From assembly GCA_002269645.1 (NCBI GenBank), contig NIVC01000405.1, forward strand, positions 242,956 through 306,955: a stretch of 64,000 nt of DNA, given 5' to 3'. A model generated the notes under the pieces. The model worked only from the letters and a program-made list of their open reading frames with translations. It had not been told where the DNA came from and made no database searches. Shown here in pieces: positions 48,054 to 58,900 of the stretch (positions within the stretch are counted from its first letter, which is position 1; each line of letters starts with the position of its first letter). This stretch comes from Macrostomum lignano. Lineage: Eukaryota. A program made the position numbers and the translations under genes.

Positions 48054-50014
48054 TATTTTGGATGGACAGAAAAAAAAACAAAGAAAATGTATCATTATTT
48101 TGCGTGCATAAGCAAAACAGAGACATGAAACTTTTTTAAATGCAAACAAAAAAGTCATGTGTTCTACATAATTTATTTTTTACATGCATGAATAAGTAAG
48201 TTGACATTAGAAAATGGTCTATGTCTATGTAAAGATTGACAAGTTATTGTGAAGAGATATAAAAATTGACAATACATCAGTCCTTGAATACCTATTTACC
48301 TGATGTCCAAAAATATAAAAAGAAATTTACCCTTAACAAAAATGATTTAATATTGTTACTATACTGCTATTGCAGATTCCAAATTTTTTAAACTTTGAAC
48401 TACTGTTATACTGTTATGCTACTTTTTGATCCCAATTGAGTATAGAATTTCTTAAGCAGAATTTAACAATTATACAAACAATAGATATCATACAACAATA
48501 TATATTTCTAGGCTGCTGCGAGTTAGAAAATAAAATAAATGCTTGATTAGCTTGAAGCTCAGAGAGCTAATCAGTCACTAAATAAGTGACTTTGCTTACA
48601 AAAGGAGATTAAAATAAACGTTGTCTCTAAACTTTCACACAAAGTAAACGCGCTGCTTTTATCGAAGCTGCAACGGTGTAAATCTGAAATTAATCTATGG
48701 AAATATTCCATGTTAAATTTAGTACAAGCAGTTTAGCTAAAATAATTTCATAGTATCTTAATACTGTTTAAACTTAAGTTTAAAAAAGTTAAAATTTTAT
48801 TAAAACTGAATTTAAGCAAAACTATGCAATACAACTTTCTGCACTTCGTTTGTTATACTATAAAAACCAAATGTAGCATTCCAAGCCGCAAAACTTTTAA
48901 TTGGCATAGAGTTTTTTACAAATGGTAACACATCTATTAAAGCATCATTTTTATGCAGGAAGGAAATATTGTTATTTGTAATCAACAAATGCAGGTAGAA
49001 TAAATTCAATATTATTTTCACTGCGAAAATGTGAAGAAATTTTCCGGAACCACTTCAAGAATTTGAGTTCATGTTGCTTTGCAGAATAAAACAAATGTGT
49101 TTTTATATATCGCTTATTTAACTAGAACGCGTTGAATAAATCCGTCTAGTACTCTAATAAATACAAAAATACATAGTGGGTTAGCTGTTGACCATTGTCT
49201 TTATTGTACCTTAAAGTGACAGTGTCAACCAATTTTAAAATGGAGAATAAAGCTCCATTTTTCACACTATTCCATTTTCCATTTCCATGTTTTTTCATTT
49301 TCAATTCTCCATGTTTTTGATTGTGAAAAAGCATTAAGTTTTTAACGCTAGACCCAACGATAAAATCTCCAGGTTGTTGTTCGTCCTGGTGAAACATATA
49401 TATGAAGCTATCTTCGACGATCCATAAACATTTAAATTGTATCATCCAGGAAAAATTAAGCTGCCTTATTCTTTAAATTTAGGTACTTGTATAAGTGCAT
49501 TGAGATTACTGAGAATGCGAATTTTTCGCTACGAAGTTGCTTTCATCCCTTTTTAGTTTGGGTTTAGTTTAGGTTTCACTAATCTGACTATATTTGGCAA
49601 TTTGCATATATTGTTGATCAAACAATAAATTTAAAAGTTGTCCTACAGAATTCTTATTTTAATTTAATGCCACACAAGACACAGCAATCTATTAATCAAG
49701 AAGTAAATACAAAAAATTGTTTTAACGAATTCAACTTTTAATAACTATTTTTTTAGCCAATGAATATTTTATAAGATTATTCGCGTAGTAACATGGAGCA
49801 AATTTATTTTTTATAATATTTAGTATATAGAAATTTATTTTTTGGTTAAACATGTAACCAGTCTATAATTACTATACATTGCTTTAGTTCTGTATCTGAT
49901 GAGCAGTTATATTAGGATTATGAAAAATAAACCAACTGCTATTCAACAAATAGAGTAATTACTTTGTACTCATTCAGTCAAATGATGTACTAGGTAGAAT
50001 AATTCAAAGATGAA

Positions 50015-50496
50015 ATGTCCTTTTCAAGGAACCGGCACCAGCTGATCCCAATCAAGGAGGCGACGCCGTCCCCGAAGATGGAACAGCGGTGACCACGCCG
50101 CGGTGCTGAAGCAGTACTTGGGCGCCCAGGCGGCCGATGACATTCTGCACCCAAAGCCGCAGGTTGACACCCAGACGCAGCAGATGTATCGCGATAAGAC
50201 GGCCACCACACTGAAGAGCGTCGCCTCCGATGCCAACGACGTCTGGGGCAGCCTGCGAGCCGAGTCGCGCGCCAGAGTGGCTCAGAGAAGCCAGGAGGAG
50301 GCGGACAGGCTGCGAGAGGCTTACAACACCTACGCCAGGGACTGCATCGCCAGGCGAATGGCACCCGTGCCGCGGATGTTCGGCGACGACGACTACGGCG
50401 AGTTTAGAAAGATGCTGGCGAATCCGAGATCGCGACCGGCGCTCGAAAGACGGCGAAGGAAAGAGGTGGGTCTGCCTGTCTGTCTGTCTGCCTGCC

Positions 50497-50553
<57 letters not shown>

Positions 50554-51553
50554 TCTGTGTCCATCTATATCTTAATGCTTTCTGCCTTGTTATCCTTGAT
50601 AATTAAAATTATTCCAAGGCATGCTACCTTCAATTTTCCTCATCAAAAACCGCCCACCGAACCATCAGGTGATGTACCGACAAGCGCAGCTGCACCGAGA
50701 CACCTATCAGATGCTGACGCACAACAATCCACTGCCCGCTTTGGCAGTTGGCGGCACCAGCTGCCATGACAACAATGAGTCGGCAGTCGAAGACGAGTGG
50801 TGCAACTTGGGCGTCGGTCGTTTCTTGGTGTCCAAATCGGCTCGAGAGGCGGCAGCTCAGACGGCTCCGGAGGCTTATCAGGTGTTCGACGTGACTAGAA
50901 AATATGACCAGCTGGAGCTGGCGGCTCTACACACAGGCAGCCGGTTGCAACCGATCACAGAGGAAAATAATCCCTACCTGATGAGGGATATGGACAGCGC
51001 TGGCCGAAGGAAATTGCGCGGCAGCTACGACAGCCTGCGCTACCGTCTGGTTGACGAAACTGACGCTGCCAGAGGCTTGGCCGGCCAGGGCGGCCATCAG
51101 TCGTTGCGATTCAGCGAACGATTTGCCGCCGAGTACGCCGCCGACCACGACCCGATGTCGGTGATTGTCAAGCAGAACGAGGACAGGCGGCAGGCGCGAT
51201 CAAGGCGGTCGGCGTTGGCGGCGGCGACTGCGTCGGCTCTGGAGGCTCCGTCTAGACGGCTGCTGCCACCGCTGGCTCAACAGCAGCAGCAGTCGGCTCC
51301 GACAACTCAACTGGAACGCCGACGCAGGCTGATGCAGCTGTACGGCGTCGGGGACACCGGCTGGCAGCCGTTGAGTCTTGGCGCCCTGCTGGACTATGCC
51401 AGCGACTTGGCGCCAACCTCTGCGGCGGCGCCTGACACTGGCGGAGCCGCGTCCAGCGCGTTCCGTTTCGGTCGGGTGCCGGTGTGGAAAACCGACAGCG
51501 TGCCGCCGCCGCTGCTGTCGGGCCCGTCGGCTGTCGCTGCGGCTGAGAAGTGA
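50015..51553 (+). CDS. Uncharacterised two-exon protein (~450 aa); 5' end unresolved
   Basis: GC-rich, codon-biased ORFs joined by a phase-0 intron (donor GAG|GTGGGT at 50465/50466, acceptor catcag at 50668). Exon 2 is 50669-51553. The start is ambiguous: ATG 50015 is out of frame by 1, and ATG 50010 is in frame but followed by TGA at 50043. No family recognised. Confidence 0.7.
50470..50555. repeat. (GTCT)n microsatellite at the donor of the uncharacterised gene's intron
   Basis: Starts at donor +4. Confidence 0.9.
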
Positions 51554-52551
51554 ACTTTCGATTTTATTTGACTTTCAATTTTAAAATGCGAGTTTTCGCA
51601 CTACTTTTAGTAGAATAGATTCGGTCAACTCTAGCTGTGATGCCTGACTGCTTGAAGTCAGAATGTAGGAATTTGTCTCTCGCTGAGAAATGTGACGCTT
51701 TGGTTGTCAGAAGGTGACAGTTTGTGACTAGCAGGAGGTGACAATTTGTGATCCTTGGAAGGTGACAGTTTGAGGGTGTCAAAAAATCGACTGGTTTGCT
51801 TTCTTGAAAAGTACATTTTGTTTTAATTGTCCGTCTGTTTTACATTTTATTCAATGGCTTTCTAATCCTGCTCACTGAAAGTGGCTATATTTAAAAATAT
51901 GTTTATATAAATAATCACGGATATATTATACAATATTTTTTTACAATTTGGCTATAGTTTCACATGTATCACTTTATTAATTAAAACAAATTAAATAATG
52001 CTTCCTTTAGTTTTGCAATCCCACAGATGGTATTTTTCCTCCTTAAAATTTCTTCCTTGCCCGTTTCTTTTGAATCAAAAAGATTTTTGGCGTAAAATTT
52101 TAGTGTACCTTTGTTATGCTCAAATGAGTTTTAAAAGTTTAAAAATCTTATTTTGTAGTGTAATGCAAAACGTCAGAAAACCGCTCACACTGGTAGATTA
52201 TTTATAGTTGCTTCAACTTTGTCACATTTCCTTTAAATTCTTGTACGAATAATTGTACAATTTATTATTGTACGCTTATCACTTCCAAGATTTTAATATT
52301 GAAAACTTTAAGTATATTGACAAATATGAACTTTAAATCAAAAGTACTCAAGATACGAGTATTCATTGTTTTTATTTCACAGAACTAGAAGTCGTTTGTT
52401 CTTTATTTTATTTCAATAAGAATTTCTCAGTAAAAGTGTGATTTATTACTCTTATATCACCGCATTTAAATTACATATTTTAATTGAAAAAACAAACTTT
52501 AACGTTATAACACTTCCGATTTCAGAGCAAAGTAAAAACAAATCCAATAAA

Positions 52552-54009
52552 ATGTCTGTAGCAGAAGGAGCAGATGTGCCACCCCTGGAGGACATGAGCC
52601 ACGTCTTTAAGCAGCAGCCGGAGGCGGCCAGCCAGACGGAAAAGGTCACCACTGCAAAGCATTTCCCTGCAGCAGCTCAGAAGACTGAACCGCCTCAGAC
52701 AGCTCCTGAAGTGGCTGGTGCAGCAGCGAGTAAAAAGGTAGTCTGTCTTAGAGTCTGTCTGTCTGTCTGTCTTAGAGTCTGTCTGCCTTAGTGTCTGTCT
52801 GTCTGTCTGTCTTAGAGTCTGTCTGCCTTAGTGTCTGCTTGTCTGTCTGTATGTCTGTCTGTCTGTCTGTCTGTCCTCAACCACATAAAGATAAGACACC
52901 ATTAAAATCGACAGCAGTCCGCCTCTTCTGGCTTCGGCGGCATGCGTCGGGGATTTTTAACTGCCGGTCCGGCCAAGCCGGCTGCAGCAAGCCAGAAGCA
53001 GCAGCAGCAGAAGCAGCAACCGCAGGCCGAAGACATGCCCCACATCCGCAGCGACCCGGCAGCCGCGGCTCGATCCCTGCAGCTTGAGGATGTCCAGGCC
53101 AGCCTGGCGGAAGCTGCCAGCGCATCGGCTGCGGCAGCGCCATCAGGCTGGCTAACGGAGGACCTGCTGGCCCGAGTGGAATCCGACGAGACGCTGCTGA
53201 GAGGCCTGGCCAATCCGCGCCTCTCCGCTGCGCTGGCCAAGTTCCAGACTAATCCTCGGGGAGCCATGGAGGTGAGGGGGGGGGGGCTGTGTGCGCTCGT
53301 TTGGGCCCTACAAGTACACTCTAATCAGCCCTATAAACATACTCTAACCAGCCTTTTAAACCCACCCTAATCAGCCTTACAAACACAGCCATATCAGCCA
53401 TATGTGCTTATCAGCCATAAGCACACACTTGTCGCCTCTATAAAAACACCATTATCGGCCTCCATAAACGTACCCAAATCGGCCTCATAAAACACCCTAA
53501 AATTGGCCTCCATAAACAAACCCTAGTTGGCCTCCATAAACACAAGCTACATGTACGTGTGCATTGAACTCAGGAAAATTTTAACTGTACATTAGCCCAG
53601 TATAATGATCTAATGTACGTGTAAATTAACCCATTCAAGGTTCTACATGTACTTAGTTTTTCCACCGATTGTCTCTCCCTCCTCGCAGGAGTACAAGGAC
53701 GACACTGAAGTGCAAGAATTTCTAGCAAAATTTTCAGCCCTGCTGGGCGAGCATTTCACTCAGATAGCCGACAAACAGGAGCAGGAGCAGCAACAGCAGC
53801 AGCCTCCAGAAGATCCGGAAGTGGCGGAAGTTCTCTCCAGGCCGGGTGTCCGCGAGGCGCTGACCAACCCGGACGTGCAGCGCTGGCTGTCGCTGCTGCG
53901 CGAAGATCCGGACAAGGCGCAGGGGCTGCTGCGGCAGAGTCGAGACGGGGAATTTCAACGCAGAATCCGGCTGCTCATGGAGAATGGACTCATCGGGGTG
54001 GCCAAGTAG
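52552..54009 (+). CDS. STI1/HOP DP-repeat (co-chaperone-like) domain protein
   Basis: Exons 52552-52737, 52915(or 52918; NAGNAG acceptor)-53271, 53689-54009, all phase 0. Two helical STI1-like units (LANPRLSAALAKFQTNPRGAMEEYKDDTEVQEFL; EDPEVAEVLSRPGVREALTNPDVQRWLSLLREDPDKAQ) and an N-terminal FGGMRRGFL motif. Confidence 0.75.
52740..52875. repeat. (GTCT)n microsatellite at the donor of STI1-gene intron 1
   Basis: Starts at donor +3. Confidence 0.88.
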
Positions 54010-54143
54010 CCTGAGCAGATGCCGCTCGGTGGAGTGAAAACTGCACGTGGCTATGATTTAGCCAGCTAGCGGATTACAACTTGCGTCTGTGTGTTAAAGT
54101 ACACTTTGCAAAAATTTTCGGACACAAAAGGATAAGAACTAAG

Positions 54144-54375
54144 GCAGACAGACAGACAGACAGACAGACAGACACACAGACAGACAGACAGACAGACAGA
54201 CAGTCAGTCAGACAGACAGACAGACAGACACACAGACAGACAGACAGACAGACAGTCAGACAGACAGACAGACAGACAGACAGACACACAGACAGACAGA
54301 CAGACAGACAGTCAGACAGACAGACAGACAGACAGACACACAGACAGACACACAGACAGACAGACAGACAGACAC

Positions 54376-54418
<43 letters not shown>

Positions 54419-54506
54419 GGCAGACAGACAGACACACAGACAGACAGACAGACAGACAGGCAGACAGACAGACAGTCAGACAGACAGACAGACAGACAGA
54501 CAGACA
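54144..54506. repeat. (CAGA)n microsatellite 3' of the STI1-domain gene
   Basis: About 360 nt. Confidence 0.95.
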
Positions 54507-55117
54507 TTACAGAACACTTAGGACACAAAGACAGGCGAATACAAGCAGTGACACACAGACAGGTGCAAAGGTTAAACACCAAGTAAGTTAGCTATGATTC
54601 GTCATATGAATAAAATAATAATGTTGAACATTACTGAAGAGGTCTTTAAAGAATTATATAAGCTGTTTTTTAGCCAAGCAATGTGCCTGATGAACAGTTA
54701 TCAAGTTAATTTTCATTTGTGAATTAATACATAATCATAAGCCCACTGCATGCCTACACATTGTTAGATGCATAATCAATGCTTTCCATCGTAATATATA
54801 AATAAAAGCATCGGTTTTCTTAATGTGCTACTTAGTTTCAAAGTTTTTTTCTCACTAATTGATATGCAATTTGTCATGCAATTGAAGTTGCTTTAGTTGT
54901 TACTAAATGCCAATTTATTTTGCATTAAAATGCTATGTTAAAAAAGAGAAAATTATATATATTCGTCAGTTAATGGACTGAATAGATGCGGTAAGCGCAG
55001 TGCTGTACAAATAAAGTTTAAGAAAATAATTTTGCCGATAATAAATTTAAAAGTATTACAAAACATTAATTACTACGCTAGTATCGGTTAACAGATGGGA
55101 CTGGCACATAATTTCGA

Positions 55118-55920
55118 ATGAGAATCTTATGCCTGACCAAAATCTATCAGTTGGAGAATCTCATGCCTGGTTCAAACCTAACAAATAAAGAATCTCATGC
55201 CTGACTCAAACCTAACAATATGAGAATCTCATGCCTGACCAAAATCTATCAGTTGGAGAATCTCATGCCTGGTTCAAACCTAACAAATAAAGAATCTCAT
55301 GCCTGACTCAAACCTAACAATATGAGAATCTCATGCCTGACCAAAATCTATCAGTTGGAGAATCTCATGCCTGGTTCAAACCTAACAAATAAAGAATCTC
55401 ATGCCTGGTTCAAACCTAACAAATAAAGAATCTCATGCCTGACTCAAACCTAACAATATGAGAATCTCATGCCTGACCAAAATCTATCAGTTGGAGAATC
55501 TCATGCCTGGTTCAAACCTAACAAATAAAGAATCTCATGCCTGACTCAAACCTAACAATATGAGAATCACATGCCTGATTCAAACCTAACAAACAAAGAA
55601 TCTCATGCCTGTCTCAAACCTAACAATTAAAGAATCTCATGCCTGACTCAAACCTAACAATCCATGAATCTCATGCCTGACTCAAACCTAACAATAGGAG
55701 AATCTCATGTCTGACTAAAACAGACTAATACGAGAATCTCATGTCTGACTAAAACAGACTAATAAGAGAATCTCATGTCTGACTAAAACAGACTAATATG
55801 AGAATCTCATGCCTGACTAAAACAGACTAATACGAGAATCTCATGCCTGACTAAAACAGACTAAAATGAGAATCTCATGCCTGACTAAAACAGACTAATA
55901 CGAGAATCTCATGCCTGACA
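55118..55920. repeat. 33-35-bp satellite (GAGAATCTCATGCCTGA...) abutting the TAF1C stop codon, with a three-unit higher-order repeat
   Basis: About 24 units; variants A, B and C recur in order at 55118-55560. Confidence 0.92.
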
Positions 55921-55921
55921 C

Positions 55922-58900
55922 TCAAGCAGCAGAAGAGTCGGCATTGAAGATGTCAGAATCGGCAGCCGGAGTGTCAGTGCCGGCAGCAGCAGCGGCGGCC
56001 TCCTCAGCCCTCTGAATTTCCAGCGCTTCAAACGCAGCCAGCCGCTTCTTAACCGCCGCAGTCGGGTCCTGGCCGTGCCACAGCTTAGCCAGCACCAGGG
56101 AGCCGGGCTCCAGCTCAGCCTGCTCCTCCGCGGTGCAATATTCTTTAATGCCAAGATGCGGCAATGAATCAGGCGTCCGGCGGTCAGCCGACAAACTCAA
56201 CGGCGGCCGCTGATTCAGAATATTTGAACGCAACTTTTTAACAATATCGCCATCTTCGATTGGCAGTTTAAACGACAGCAGAGATGCCGCTTGTTTAGCT
56301 GGCAATCTTGATTTACGACATTGTTTATTATTTAATTTGATCGTAGCTTTTCTAGCTACTAATTCTTCTTCTGTAGCAGTAGTATCGGTAGTGCATTTGA
56401 GGTGTTGAAGGCACAGCCGGCCACGGCCGGTGAACCGCAGCATTAGTACATCGCCATCGTCAGAGTCTCGGTGGACGGCCGCCAGACCGCGGAGGCCGTC
56501 AAGTGAGGCGCCGGCAGATCCCGCAGCCGGTGGCCGCAGCGGCAGCAGTCGAGACTCCGAGCTGATTCGCGGAGGCAGCGACTGGTCGGCGGCCTGGAGG
56601 CGGACAGCGGCGATGTCACCTGTGGTCTGCGGGGGCGGGTGAGAGGTGCAAGCACGCATTTTAATCTCTTAATTGAAAAAGCAAACGAATTGCATGCAAG
56701 GCTTGGGAAAAAAAGACAATAAATGATTAGAATTACCCACCTGACTGATTAGAATCAACCACCTGACTGATTAGAATCACCCACCTGACTGATTAGAATC
56801 ACCCACCTGACTGATTAGAATCACCCACCTGACTGATTAGAATCACCCACCTGACTGATTAGAATCACCCGTCTGACTGATTAGAATCAACCACCTGACT
56901 GATTAGAATCACCCACCTTACTGATTAGAATCATCCACCTGACCAATCAGAGAATCACCCACCTGACCAATCAGAGAATCACTCACCTGACCAATCAGAG
57001 AATCACTCACCTGACCAATCAGAGAATCACTCACCTGACCAATCAGAGAATCACTCTCCTGACCAATCAGAGAATCACTCACCTGACCAATCAGAGAATC
57101 ACTCACCTGACCAATCAGAGAATCACTCACCTGACCAATCAGAGAATCACTCACCTGACCAATCAGAGAATCACTCACCTGACCAATCAGAGAATCACTC
57201 ACCTGACCAATCAGAGAATCACTCACCTGAACAATCAGAGAATCACTCCAGCCTGACCAATCAGAGAATCACTCCAGCCTGACCAATCAGAGAATCAATC
57301 ACCTGACCAATCAGAGAATCACTCACCTGACCAATCAGAGAATCACTCACCTGAACAATCAGAGAATCACTCCAGCCTGACCAATCAGAGAATCACTCCA
57401 GCCTGACCAATCAGAGAATCACTCACCTGACCAATCAGAGAATCACTCTCCTGACCAATCAGAGAATCAATCACCTGACCAATCAGAGAATCAATCACCT
57501 GACCAATCAGAGAATCACTCACCTGAACAATCAGAGAATTACTCACCTGACCAATCAGAGAATTACTCACCTGACCAATCAGAGAATCACTCACCTGACC
57601 AATCAGAGAATCACTCACCTGACCAATCAGAGAATCACTCACCTGACCAATCAGAGAATCACTCCAGCCTGACTCACCTGAGCACCAAGCAGCAGCAGTT
57701 CGCTGGGCTCGGACAGCCATCTGGCAAAGGTGGGCGCCCCATGCAACGGACACCTGGTGTGCAGCAAACACCGGTTGCCTGTCATTCTATCGTCCACAAG
57801 TCTCAGGTTGCCCTCCGACCCGATCAGATGCCCGTGCGGACCCACACTGACTCGACAGCGAAGCCGCTCAGGCGACTTGATCGACGGCAGTTCAAGCAGC
57901 CGGACGCCAGCGGCAGCTGTCGGAGGCGACCGCAGATCGCTGAGCTCGGCAAGGCGGCCGCCCACGCAGATCAGGCTGCGATGATGGGCGCCGATGCTGG
58001 CGCTGGCCCAGGCTTCTCCTGGCGCCCACGGAGCCAGCTGATCTGCTGGAAACTGCCGGCTCCATCGACAAGCGGCGCCGGTGGTTTCAAATCCGCGAGT
58101 ATCCCACAGCTTAGCAACCAGATTGGAGTCCATAGTAACCACTTCGCCAGGTATGTGAGGATTCAGCGAAGTCGATAGCAATCTTATTGACGAGCTTGTT
58201 GTTGAGGCTGGTGAAGATTCTGCGATCGGCGATACGATGGCGGGTTCAGCTGCATCGATGGCGGCTGAGCGGAACAGCTGCGGATGATCGAGTTTTGCTA
58301 TTATTTGCTATTATCCTTATTCTTAGCAGCTAGCTAGAGATGTGATAGAGATGTTACAACAGTGCTAGTTTTTATTTATTATTTAGTTTATATGTAGTAA
58401 GAGCGCACTAATCGATTCACTTATGAAGCTACCCATCAGATAACTCACTTACTCATTCACATTTTCACTCGCTGACTTACTCACTCACTCATTCACTCAC
58501 TCATTCACTCATTCATTCACCCATTCACTCACTCACTCACTCACTCACTCACTTACTTACTTACTCACTCACTCACTCACTCACTCACTCACTCACTCAC
58601 TCAATCACTCACTCACTCATTCATTGATTTACTCACTTATTCACTTACTCATACACTCATTCATTTACTCACCCACTCATTCATTCACTCAATCATTCAT
58701 TCATTTACTCACACACCCATTCACTGACTCACCCATTCACTCACTCACCCATTCACTGACTCACCCATTCACTCACTCACCCATTCACTCACTCACCCAT
58801 TCACTGACTCACCCATTCACTCACTCCCTCACTCACTCATTCATTACCTTACTCATTGATTCATTTATCACTCACTCACTCACTCACTCCCTCACTCACT

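Noticed and set aside
50043-50045. In-frame TGA as selenocysteine
   Set aside because: No selenoprotein motif or SECIS evidence; a frameshift or an upstream exon explains it more simply.
55118-55920. CRISPR-like repeat-spacer pattern
   Set aside because: The spacers are mutually homologous and recur in A-B-C order, which is a higher-order satellite.
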